Source: Vulcanimicrobiota bacterium (GTDB taxonomy: Bacteria > Vulcanimicrobiota > Vulcanimicrobiia > Vulcanimicrobiales > Vulcanimicrobiaceae). From it: DNA of 18,033 nucleotides. Location of the stretch: assembly GCA_003135555.1 (NCBI GenBank), contig PLCF01000075.1, positions 1-18,033 on the forward strand. Reading direction: 5' to 3'. Below the pieces are notes generated by a model. That model was given only the letters and a program-made list of their open reading frames with translations. It did no database searches and was not told where the DNA came from. The stretch's first letter is position 1; every line of letters starts with the position of its first letter. The position numbers were made by a program, and so were the translations under genes. Of this stretch, positions 1 through 8,373 are shown piece by piece.

Positions 1-323
1 TTGTCCTTGGGGATCCCGGCGCGAATCGCGATCTTCTGCCGCAGCGTGCTCCCGGAGGCGGCCTCGGGTTCCCGGCTCATGTCGAACGACTTGAGGTCGA
101 TCCCGCGCCGGACGGCCTTGGACTGAATGATGTCGACGACGTTGCGCAGCTTGAGCTCGTCGTCGGCCAACACGGTGATCGTCTTGCCGTCACTTTCGAT
201 CGCTGCGATCGAATGCTTGAAATCGAAGCGCCCGGCGATCTCTTTGCGAGCTTGGTTGAGGGCATTGTCGAGCTCTTGCGGATCCACGCGCGAGACGACG
301 TCGAAGGAAGAATCTGCTGCCAT
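1..323 (-). CDS. yajQ: YajQ family nucleotide/cyclic di-GMP-binding protein (3' end runs off the window)
   Basis: Not in the ORF track as its own ORF. Manual translation from ATG at 323: MAADSSFDVVSRVDPQELDNALNQARKEIAGRFDFKHS...ADDELKLRNVVDIIQSKAVRRGIDLKSFD...SGSTLRQKIAIRAGIPKD. This matches the YajQ hallmarks SFD(V/I)VS, ELxNAxxQ, RFDFK and RG(I/V). AAGG overlaps the rodZ stop upstream. Confidence 0.93.
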   Translation of the reverse strand, partial: MAADSSFDVVSRVDPQELDNALNQARKEIAGRFDFKHSIAAIESDGKTITVLADDELKLRNVVDIIQSKAVRRGIDLKSFDMSREPEAASGSTLRQKIAIRAGIPKD

Positions 324-333
324 GCGATTTGCC

Positions 334-1071
334 TTACAGAGGGTAGTGTTGCTCGACGACGTCGCCTTCTTTGCCCATCGGCGTGGGCGGACGGCCGTTC
401 GCGCCGACCGAGACGCCGCCGGCATTTCCGGCCCGCACGTCGGCGACCTTGCCGGTGAACGTGCGCGTCGTGCCGGCCGGAAACAACCCTTCGAGCTGCG
501 TCGTTCCGTCGATCGCAACGCGCAGCCAGGAGCGCTCGGTGAGGCGAATCTCGAGCTGGTGCGGCCGGGCCGGGCCAGGCGAGGATGCCGGCGGCGATGC
601 GGAGTCGGCCGGGCCGGGCGAAGCGGCCGGCGCCCCGCCAACGGAAGCCGAAGCTTGAGGGGCCGGCGTCGCGACGGCTACCGGAGCACCGCCGCCGTGC
701 GTGTACTGCCAATACTCCCAGCCCACGAATCCCACCAGCGCCACGGCGAGCACCGCCCCGACGATCGCCCACAGCGAGGGGCCGGACGGCCCGTCCTCCT
801 CGAGCGCGGACGACGCGACGGAAGCCGACGGTCGCTCCGCCGGAACGGTCTGGTTGAAGCGGGCGACCGCGGCTTCGGCGTCCAGACCGAGGAACCGCGC
901 GTAGGTGCGGATGAATCCGCGCACGTAGACGGGAGCGCCGATCGACGACCAATCGTCGTTCTCGATCGCGTTGAGGTAGACCGAACGGATGTGAATCTGC
1001 TCGGCAACGTCCGAGAGCGTGAGCCCGCGCGCTTCTCGCGCGCTTCGGAACTCCTCTCCGAGCGCAGCCAT
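334..1071 (-). CDS. rodZ: RodZ-family cytoskeleton protein (N-terminal HTH, single TM helix, Pro/Ala/Ser linker, C-terminal DUF4115-like domain)
   Basis: [38 protein letters not shown]...[16 protein letters not shown] is the RodZ HTH signature. TM segment [20 protein letters not shown]-terminal SWLRVAIDG...[12 protein letters not shown]. Start placed at ATG 1071 (AAGGA upstream) rather than 1095. Confidence 0.88.
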   Translation of the reverse strand: MAALGEEFRSAREARGLTLSDVAEQIHIRSVYLNAIENDDWSSIGAPVYVRGFIRTYARFLGLDAEAAVARFNQTVPAERPSASVASSALEEDGPSGPSLWAIVGAVLAVALVGFVGWEYWQYTHGGGAPVAVATPAPQASASVGGAPAASPGPADSASPPASSPGPARPHQLEIRLTERSWLRVAIDGTTQLEGLFPAGTTRTFTGKVADVRAGNAGGVSVGANGRPPTPMGKEGDVVEQHYPL

Positions 1072-1133
1072 GTGGTCGATCCTTTGCGGGTGCACCCCGT
1101 TCTCCTGGTCTACGGTTGTACGATGGAAACACG

Positions 1134-2213
1134 ATGAGCGAACCCGAGCGCGTGGTCGCCGCGATGAGCGGCGGCGTCGATTCCGCCGTTGCGGCCGGGC
1201 TGTTGAAGGAAGCGGGCTACGACGTCATCGGCGTGACCATGAAGATGTATGCGCCGACGCGCCCGGCGCACGCGCGGTCGTGCTGTGGGGCCGACGATTT
1301 CGACGACGCTCGCCGCAGCGCGGCGATCCTGGGGATCCCGCACTACGTGCTGGATTTCGAGGAAGCGTTCCGGCGGGGCGTCGTCGAGCGCTTCGTCGCG
1401 GACTACCGGCACGGGCGCACGCCCAATCCCTGCGTTTCTTGCAACAACCACGTGAAGCTCGGCACGCTGCGCGGCTATGCCGATCGCCTCGGCGCACGCT
1501 GGGTCGCGACCGGCCACTACGCGCGGCTCGAGCATGGCGCCGGCGGCCCGCACCTCTACCGGACCGATTCGCCGAAGGATCAGTCCTACGCGCTCGCCGG
1601 GCTGACGCCGGCGCAGCTCGATCGGCTGCTGTTGCCGTTGGGTGGGATGACCAAGGCCGAGACCCGCGGGCACGCGACGCGGCTCGGGCTTCCGGTCGCC
1701 GACAAGACCGAGTCGCAAGACATTTGCTTCGTCGAAGGCGGCGACTACCGCGACGTCTTGGCGCGCTTGGCGCCGGAGACGGCTCGGCCCGGCAGCGTCG
1801 TGTCGACGGGCGGGGAGCCGGTGGGAACCCACGCCGGGATCGGCGGGTACACCGTCGGCCAGCGTCGCGGACTCCCGGCCTCGGGCGGCGGCGCGCGCTA
1901 CGTCACGCACATCGACGCGGCGACGAATACGATCGTGATCGGGCGCGCCGACGAGCTCGAGGTCGGCAGCGTCGTCGCCGACGAGGTCAACCTGATTCGG
2001 CCCGAGCGTTTTGCCGCCGGGCGGGCGGACGTCCTCGCAATGACCCGCTATCGTGCCCAGCCGGCTCCGGCACGAGCCTTGATCGAGGACGACACATTCC
2101 GGGTGGTGTTCGACGAGCCTCAGCGCGCGGTAGCTCCCGGGCAACTCGTGGCGCTTTTCGACCGCGCAGGCGCCGAGGTGCTCGGGGCCGGGACGATCCG
2201 CGCGACGATCTGA
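1134..2213 (+). CDS. mnmA: tRNA-specific 2-thiouridylase MnmA
   Basis: PP-loop [56 protein letters not shown]. Start moved to ATG 1134 ([14 protein letters not shown]). Confidence 0.97.
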   Translation: MSEPERVVAAMSGGVDSAVAAGLLKEAGYDVIGVTMKMYAPTRPAHARSCCGADDFDDARRSAAILGIPHYVLDFEEAFRRGVVERFVADYRHGRTPNPCVSCNNHVKLGTLRGYADRLGARWVATGHYARLEHGAGGPHLYRTDSPKDQSYALAGLTPAQLDRLLLPLGGMTKAETRGHATRLGLPVADKTESQDICFVEGGDYRDVLARLAPETARPGSVVSTGGEPVGTHAGIGGYTVGQRRGLPASGGGARYVTHIDAATNTIVIGRADELEVGSVVADEVNLIRPERFAAGRADVLAMTRYRAQPAPARALIEDDTFRVVFDEPQRAVAPGQLVALFDRAGAEVLGAGTIRATI

Positions 2214-2274
2214 AGACGTCCGGAATGGGACGTTCGGCGGAGGCGGCTTCCGTCGGCCCGCCCAAGTAGCCGCG

Positions 2275-3918
2275 ATGCAAATCCGGTTGCTCTCGGCCAC
2301 CGCGGCTGCGTTGTTTTTGGCCCTGCCGCCGCTCTCGCTCGCGGCGCACGGCGAAACCGCCGCCATCAGTACCGATGCGGCAACCGCGATCTTGAGTCGA
2401 CACGCGGCCTTCGTCGGCCATCCCGACGGCTTGGTCGTGACGTACCGCTACAAGCGTTCCGCCAAGGCGCGGCCCCTGCCGAGTCCGCGGCCGGGCAGCG
2501 AATCGGACGGTCCGACCTTCCCTGCAGCGTCGGTGACCACGTACCGGCGGGGCGCGCTGTACCGAGACGTCACCGAGCACAGCGGCGTAACGGAGCAAGA
2601 GGGTTTCACCGGCCGAGCGTTTTGGTCCGCGAACTTCAACGGCTACACGGTGATCAACTACGAGTACGCCGCACGACGGCTGCTGACGGCTAACCTCGTC
2701 GACGGCGATCTGTTGGGCGGCACGAACGCGACGTCGACCATGCGCGCCGAACAGACGATCGACGGCGCCGCGACCGACGTCGTTCGCGTCGTCCCGGCCT
2801 CGGGCATCCCCGCCGACGTCGCGTTCGACCGGAAAACCGGCGCGTACGTGCAGGTCACCTATGATCCTGACGATCGGTACGCGCGGACTGTCGTTCACTA
2901 CGACGGCTACACCGAAGCCGCGCCGGGCGTTCGCGTCGCCACCGGATTCCACTCCACCGGCTTCGGCGACTGGACGCTCGTTGAAAAGACGGTGCGAGCG
3001 GTGACGAACGACGATCTGCGCGGACCGGTTCCGAGCGCAAAGTGGAACTTCGCGTCAACCGATCCGGCACCGATCGAAGTGGTTAAGCACCAGTTGCCGT
3101 ATGCGTTCCTTCCGCAGGGGCAAGCGGTGCACGTGCACGCCTCAATCGGCGGACACGTCGGGACGTTCCTGCTCGACTCCGGAGCGTCCGGGATCATCAT
3201 CTATCGGCCCTACGCCGACAAGCTGCGGTACACGAAGCTCGGAGCCACCGGCTTTAGCGGTGTGAACGGCGGGGGTGTCGCGGCGCGCTTCGTCCGGCTC
3301 GACGATCCCCTCGAGGTCGGAAAGAACAGCCTTTCAAACCTGATCGTAACGGTCGCGGGGAGTACGTTCTCGGAAGGGATCGACGGGATATTGGGTTACG
3401 ACTTCTTGGCCGGGGCGCTCGTCGACGTCGATACGGCAAATCAAACGATTCGGCTGCTCGATCCCAGCTCGATGCAGCCGGTCGTCGCGCCGGGTGCCTA
3501 CGCGTTTACCGTCAATCTCGCCAGCCGTCAGCCCGAGATCGCCGTGAAAGCGTCAGGCGTGGCGACGCGCGCGATCTTCGACACCGGTGACGACTATCTC
3601 GCCGTTCTGAGCGACGATCTCCAGTCGAGCGGCCGGATCGTCGCGCTCAATTCCCAAGTCACGATCGGCGGCGTAGCAATCGACATCCAGGTCCCGTTTT
3701 TCGGCGTCGACGGTCCGGCCAACGTGCCCGCGAAGTGCTCGCGGCTCAGCCAGATCGACGTCGGTCCCTACAAATACCAAAACGTCCAGACGTGCTTTGC
3801 GTCGGCGAGCGTGTTCGGGCGGGACGGCGGCTTGATCGGCTTCGACTTCCTCAGGCACTTCAACTGGACGTTCGACTACGCCGAGTCGAAGCTGGTGCTG
3901 ACGCCCAACGGCAAGTAA
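2275..3918 (+). CDS. Secreted aspartyl protease family protein with two retropepsin-like domains
   Basis: Sec-type signal peptide MQIRLLSATAAALFLALPPLSLAA. Domain 1 has FLLDSGASG...DGILGYDFL; domain 2 has AIFDTGDD...GGLIGFDFLRHFNWTFDY. An N-terminal region of about 250 aa is of unknown fold. Confidence 0.82.
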   Translation: MQIRLLSATAAALFLALPPLSLAAHGETAAISTDAATAILSRHAAFVGHPDGLVVTYRYKRSAKARPLPSPRPGSESDGPTFPAASVTTYRRGALYRDVTEHSGVTEQEGFTGRAFWSANFNGYTVINYEYAARRLLTANLVDGDLLGGTNATSTMRAEQTIDGAATDVVRVVPASGIPADVAFDRKTGAYVQVTYDPDDRYARTVVHYDGYTEAAPGVRVATGFHSTGFGDWTLVEKTVRAVTNDDLRGPVPSAKWNFASTDPAPIEVVKHQLPYAFLPQGQAVHVHASIGGHVGTFLLDSGASGIIIYRPYADKLRYTKLGATGFSGVNGGGVAARFVRLDDPLEVGKNSLSNLIVTVAGSTFSEGIDGILGYDFLAGALVDVDTANQTIRLLDPSSMQPVVAPGAYAFTVNLASRQPEIAVKASGVATRAIFDTGDDYLAVLSDDLQSSGRIVALNSQVTIGGVAIDIQVPFFGVDGPANVPAKCSRLSQIDVGPYKYQNVQTCFASASVFGRDGGLIGFDFLRHFNWTFDYAESKLVLTPNGK

Positions 3919-3943
3919 CGCTCGGCAACCGACGGGACGGTGC

Positions 3944-3989
3944 AAAAAGCAAGCGGGGCGCTACCTTTCGGTAGCGCCCCGCTTTTCTT
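3944..3989. terminator. Bidirectional intrinsic terminator between the convergent protease and lipoprotein genes
   Basis: Perfect 15-bp inverted repeat AAGCGGGGCGCTACC (3951-3965), loop TTTC, GGTAGCGCCCCGCTT (3970-3984). T-rich tail on + (TTTTCTT) and an A-tract at 3944-3948 that gives a U-tract on -. Confidence 0.9.
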
Positions 3990-4009
3990 GACCTCTGCTT
4001 CGGGTACGA

Positions 4010-5182
4010 TTACGTCTGGAGGGAGGTCAGAGCCGGCGAGAGCGTGATGTCCGCCTGCCCACCGCAGGTCGAACTCTGCCCGCTGAACGTGCAAGCGGTC
4101 CCGCTGTTGCTGATGACCGGTGCCTGCGGCGGCGCCGCGGTGACCGGAACGGCCTCCATGGCCGGGTAGTCGAAACCGATCGCGACGGTGCTGACCGTGT
4201 GGCCGGCCGCGATGGTCCCGGACGGGTACGTCAAGACCTGCGGACCGGTGGCGTGCGAGATCAGCGTATGATAAGCGACGATCGCGCCGGCGGCGGTGAG
4301 GTCGCGGAAGAACACCGCCGTCTCCGTGACGCCCGCGGGAACGGTAATCGCGAAGGAGCCGCCACCGGCGCCATTCGGGGTGAAGACCGGAAGCGGCATC
4401 GGCGGCAACACGGCGAGCGACGTCATCGACGTCGACGACGTGAAGGTCCCGACCGGCGTGCTCGAGTTCGGGATACCGACCGTGAGCACGTAGCTGCCCG
4501 CCGTCGGATGGATTGCGAACGTGGTGAACCCGGACGGGTACCCCACGAACGATGCCGCTCCCGTCACCGGCAAGCTGTTGCCGACGATCGCGTTAGGCGG
4601 GCCGACGTAGAACGCCCGTTGCGTGAACCCGGCGACGGTGCCGTAGATCGGCATGCGCCACGTTTGGACGGCGGGGGTGAGCGATCCGTCAGGGTTCGTC
4701 ACCACACCGCCCTGCGACGGGTAGAAGCCCGAATTGTCCGCCCCGGTCGTTGCCGAATTCGACGCTAAGAAACCGTACGCGAATGCTCCGACGGACTGCG
4801 GGAAGGTGCGCGGGTCGGGGCTTATCACGCCGTTGGCCGTTTGAACCGTCCCCGAGATCTGGTTCGTGCCGGTATCGTTGCCGGCGAAGATCGTGCAATT
4901 CGGGCACGCACCGACGACCGATGTCGCCGTGTTGGTGAAGGGAATCGCGATGCTTGGGGTGCTGTCGAGGAGCGCCGAGAGACCGTTCGGCTGCCGGAAC
5001 GTGACGACCGTATTGAGGAACGTGGTTCCGTTGTAGTTCGCCGTCCCGACTTGGAACTGGAGCTGCGATTGCGCGGTGGGCGCTATCGTTCTCGCCGGCT
5101 CGACCCCAGCCTGATTGGAGGTGCAGGCCGGGAGGGCGAAAAGCCCTCCCAGCGCTGCAACAGTGAGGATGCGTTTGATCAC
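4010..5182 (-). CDS. Uncharacterised Thr/Pro/Gly-rich lipoprotein, partner of the upstream receptor
   Basis: GTG start, with AAGGA overlapping the receptor stop codon. Signal peptide MIKRILTVAALGGLFALPA|C has a lipobox-like LPAC. Beta-rich composition, strongly C/G-ending codons, 9-bp gap from the upstream gene. Confidence 0.8.
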   Translation of the reverse strand: MIKRILTVAALGGLFALPACTSNQAGVEPARTIAPTAQSQLQFQVGTANYNGTTFLNTVVTFRQPNGLSALLDSTPSIAIPFTNTATSVVGACPNCTIFAGNDTGTNQISGTVQTANGVISPDPRTFPQSVGAFAYGFLASNSATTGADNSGFYPSQGGVVTNPDGSLTPAVQTWRMPIYGTVAGFTQRAFYVGPPNAIVGNSLPVTGAASFVGYPSGFTTFAIHPTAGSYVLTVGIPNSSTPVGTFTSSTSMTSLAVLPPMPLPVFTPNGAGGGSFAITVPAGVTETAVFFRDLTAAGAIVAYHTLISHATGPQVLTYPSGTIAAGHTVSTVAIGFDYPAMEAVPVTAAPPQAPVISNSGTACTFSGQSSTCGGQADITLSPALTSLQT

Positions 5183-5191
5183 GAGCCGTCC

Positions 5192-8100
5192 TTACAGCGA
5201 GAGCTGGTAGTAGAAGCGGTATTCCGTCGGCGCGCCGCTGGGCGTCAGGAGATACGGCAGGTTGTTGTTGCGGAAACCCGCGTAGTTGGTGTAACCAAGC
5301 TGCGGGAAGAACGCGTTGCCCGACTGGGTGCCCGACTTCGGTCCCGAGACGCCCGTGGCAACCGGCTGATACCGGCCGTTGAAGGACGGCTGCGAATAGA
5401 CCTGGTTGAACACGTTGGACATGAGCAAACCGAACGTGTTTCGCGAGCCGGGCTTCGTGTACTCGAAGTCCAGGTTCGCGATGTTGACGCGCGGCGCGCT
5501 CAAGACGCCACCCGGGCTGTTCTTTTCGGCCGTTCCGCGCGTGGCGGCGATGTTCGGCGCGAAGATCGTACCGGGGTTCGCCGGGTCGACGTATTGCGTC
5601 GCCGAGGTCGAACCGCTGATGTTCGTCACGTTGGTCGACGGGAGGTTGAAGTTCTTGCCCCCGAACGCGTACGGCGTGAGGAGCCCCGTCCCGATCGGAT
5701 AACCGACGTTGAAGCCGATGATCGGATTGATACGGATGCCGTTGCGCCACTTGTACTGCACGGCCAGCACGCCGTTGAACGGCGAGACGAAGCCGACCCG
5801 GTACAGGTTGCCCTGCGCGAGCGAGACCAGCGGGATCGACGGGAAGAAGTCCTCGTTGCCCGAGAGCGGGATCACGTTCGAGAACTCGTTGAGGTAGGTG
5901 AGCGAGAACGACCCGGAGAGCCCGTACGCGGCGGTCTTGGTCATGTAGAACTCGACGCCGGTGGTGTAGGAGGTTCCGAGGTTCGAGGTCTGCGACGGAC
6001 CCGTGAGCGGGTTCCCGTTGGTGTCGAACTGCTGCACGCCGCCGACGAACAGCGGCGACGAGAAGAGCGCCACCACGTCGTAGCCGCGCCGATAGAACGG
6101 CGTCACCTTCGCCGACAGGCCGTTGCCGAAGTCATGCTGCAGCGACGCGTCGTAGTTGTTGAACGTGCTGACCTTGGTCGGGTTGATCGGCACGCCGCCA
6201 ATGATGTTCGCGTTGTCCCAGTAGATCTGGTCCGCGTAGTTGCGGCAGGTGCGGTCGGCCGTCGGCCCGCAATCGGCTTGGCTCGCCGGGATGCCGGCGA
6301 AACCGGCATACTGCGCACGCGGAATGCGGAAGTCGACGTCGGCGATCGGCGGGAGCTCCACCGAGCGGCCGTAGCTGAACGTGATGCTGTTCTTGGGGTT
6401 GAATTGGTACGCCATGCCGAACCGCGGCTGGAGCGTGCTGTTCGACTGGCGGGTATCCGGGTTGTAGACGTCCAGGGCCGGATTCGGCGTTCCAATGAGC
6501 GGACCGGACGTGTAGAGACCGGTCGAGATCGGCAGGTAGAACGCCGACGAGTAGCCGTTCGGATCGTTGAAGGCACCGTCGCGAAGCCCCGGATAGTTGG
6601 AGAACGACGAGCGGTCCAGCCGCAGGCCGACGTTGATCTTCAGCTTGTCGGTGGCCTGGAACTGGTCCGAGATGTAGAACCCGGCGTCGTGCCGGTCGGC
6701 GACCGGCGCCTGGTTGTAGTCCGGAACTCGTACTCCGACTCCCGCGGGCAGGCCGAGGAACGTCGGCAGATACTGGCCCGGGAAGAAGTCGAACAGATCG
6801 GTGGGACCGTTGAAGGTCGCCGCGATCATGCCGAGCGACGCGCTCTGGAAGCCGTCGATCGGGTGGACGAACTCGTACTTCGCGCCGAATCCGAGCAGGT
6901 GCTTGGTGCCGAGCTGCTTGGTGAAGTCGGCCGCGATCCCGGTGCGCTGGCCGCCCTGCGGGGTGAAAAAGTCGCAATTCGCGCCCGATAGGACGCCCTG
7001 GCACGACTGGCCGGCGTACGGCTCGTCGAAGACCGCCGTCGAGTTGACCTTGTAGAACTTCATGGTCATGAAGGTCGACTGGTTGAGGCTGTTGCTGTAC
7101 TGCAGCTTGAGGGTGTCGTTGGGCTGCGTCACGGACGCGGCCGGCCGGCGGATCAGATCCGTCAGCGTCGTCTGACCGTATTGGAGCGGCAGGACGGCTC
7201 GCACGAAGCTGGCCGGAAGGCCGAGCTGCGTGCGCGTGTAGCCGATGTAGTCGGGCATCGACGTGCGGTAGAGCAGCGAGTTCGGGTTCGCGAACTGCGC
7301 GTTCTCGTAGAACTCGAAGTTCTGGTTCTGCCAGAACAGCTGCAACGACTGGTTCTTGTCGCGGCCGAACTTGTAGACCGCGTTCTCGATGAAGTCACGC
7401 CCAACTTGCGAGTTGTTGAAGATCTGCGCGCCGATCAGGTTGCAGTCGGTTCTGCCGCGACCACAGGTGAAGGCGCTGTTTTCGGCTTGGAGCGACGAAT
7501 AGCTGGACAGCGCCCCGTTGGGCGTGGCCCAACCGTACTCGCCGGAGAAGTCATGATCGAACTCCGGAGTGCGCATGTCGCCTTCGAACGACCCGAAGGC
7601 CGGCCGCGTGCCGCGCTTGACGTTGGCGTTGATCTGACCGGTTCCGACGTTGCCGACCGACGCGTCGCCCGCGCCGGGGCTCAACTGGAAGTTCGCGACG
7701 CCGTTGAGCGCCAGCGAGTTCACGAACTGGTGCGTGAACGCGTCGGTGTAGTCGATCCCTTCGAACTGGAAGCCTTCGTCGTTTTCACGGCCGCCGCGGA
7801 GGACCGGGTAGCCGCTGCTGTCGAGCGTGGCACCCGGCAGCGAGATGATCAGGCTCGTCTCGCTGACCGCGTGCGATTTGCCCAGAATCGTCTGAATCTG
7901 GTTCGCGTTGACGCTGTACGTATCTTCCGGCTGTTGGGGCTGGAAGGCGCTGACGCCCGAAGAGCGGCTCGTCGTCGAGCCGATCGTGGTCAGCCGCGGG
8001 TTCAGCGCTTGGTTGACGGTCATGGTGATGGTCGCGCTGACCGTCACACCGTTGATGCTGGAGTCGGCGAATCCCGTCTTCGAGAACGAGATGTTGTAGG

Positions 8101-8356
8101 TATCGGGCACGACGCCTACGATGCCGTAGAAGCCTTTTGAGTCGGTGGTCGCGGTGTAGCGGCCCGAGGGTGCGACGGCGACGACGTTGACGTTGGGGAC
8201 CGGCTGGCCGGCGGCCGTAACCGTCCCCGAGATGTTGCCTGTCGTCGTATCGGCGAGCACCGGAGCCGCGAGGGACGCCGTAAAAGCGATAGCCAGCGCC
8301 ATTCCAATGATGCCGCGCCGGGACCGCTTCAAGGCGTGTGCGATTCGATGTAGCAC
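5192..8356 (-). CDS. TonB-dependent receptor-like outer-membrane protein with N-terminal carboxypeptidase-regulatory-like domain
   Basis: Signal peptide ending APVLA; GNISGTV...PVPNVNVVA...ATTDSKGFY...PDTYNISFSKTGF; plug-like SLPGAT...LRGGRENDEGFQFEGID...GQINANVKRGT; barrel motifs YISDQFQATDKLKINVGLRLD and LQPRFGMAYQFNPKNSITFSYGRS; amphipathic C-terminal strand YRFYYQLSL. GTG start with AAGGAAG Shine-Dalgarno. Confidence 0.87.
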   Translation of the reverse strand: MLHRIAHALKRSRRGIIGMALAIAFTASLAAPVLADTTTGNISGTVTAAGQPVPNVNVVAVAPSGRYTATTDSKGFYGIVGVVPDTYNISFSKTGFADSSINGVTVSATITMTVNQALNPRLTTIGSTTSRSSGVSAFQPQQPEDTYSVNANQIQTILGKSHAVSETSLIISLPGATLDSSGYPVLRGGRENDEGFQFEGIDYTDAFTHQFVNSLALNGVANFQLSPGAGDASVGNVGTGQINANVKRGTRPAFGSFEGDMRTPEFDHDFSGEYGWATPNGALSSYSSLQAENSAFTCGRGRTDCNLIGAQIFNNSQVGRDFIENAVYKFGRDKNQSLQLFWQNQNFEFYENAQFANPNSLLYRTSMPDYIGYTRTQLGLPASFVRAVLPLQYGQTTLTDLIRRPAASVTQPNDTLKLQYSNSLNQSTFMTMKFYKVNSTAVFDEPYAGQSCQGVLSGANCDFFTPQGGQRTGIAADFTKQLGTKHLLGFGAKYEFVHPIDGFQSASLGMIAATFNGPTDLFDFFPGQYLPTFLGLPAGVGVRVPDYNQAPVADRHDAGFYISDQFQATDKLKINVGLRLDRSSFSNYPGLRDGAFNDPNGYSSAFYLPISTGLYTSGPLIGTPNPALDVYNPDTRQSNSTLQPRFGMAYQFNPKNSITFSYGRSVELPPIADVDFRIPRAQYAGFAGIPASQADCGPTADRTCRNYADQIYWDNANIIGGVPINPTKVSTFNNYDASLQHDFGNGLSAKVTPFYRRGYDVVALFSSPLFVGGVQQFDTNGNPLTGPSQTSNLGTSYTTGVEFYMTKTAAYGLSGSFSLTYLNEFSNVIPLSGNEDFFPSIPLVSLAQGNLYRVGFVSPFNGVLAVQYKWRNGIRINPIIGFNVGYPIGTGLLTPYAFGGKNFNLPSTNVTNISGSTSATQYVDPANPGTIFAPNIAATRGTAEKNSPGGVLSAPRVNIANLDFEYTKPGSRNTFGLLMSNVFNQVYSQPSFNGRYQPVATGVSGPKSGTQSGNAFFPQLGYTNYAGFRNNNLPYLLTPSGAPTEYRFYYQLSL

Positions 8357-8373
8357 GCGCTTCCTTACATAAA

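Noticed and set aside
2233..2256. GC-rich hairpin after mnmA as a terminator
   Set aside because: It relies on G-U pairs, has a 3-nt loop and no U-tract, and is expected by chance at this GC content.
77..2366. Several long alternative-frame ORFs over rodZ and mnmA (77..1132, 127..1137, 1019..2269, 1110..2366)
   Set aside because: Arg/Ala/Gly-rich off-frame translations typical of high-GC DNA, fully overlapping confident genes. The C-terminus of 77..1132 is a different frame from the true yajQ.
4841..6991. 716-aa plus-strand ORF (and 7181..8140) antisense to the receptor
   Set aside because: Shadow ORF in register with the real gene, caused by strong codon bias. The R/V/E-rich translation has no recognisable motifs.
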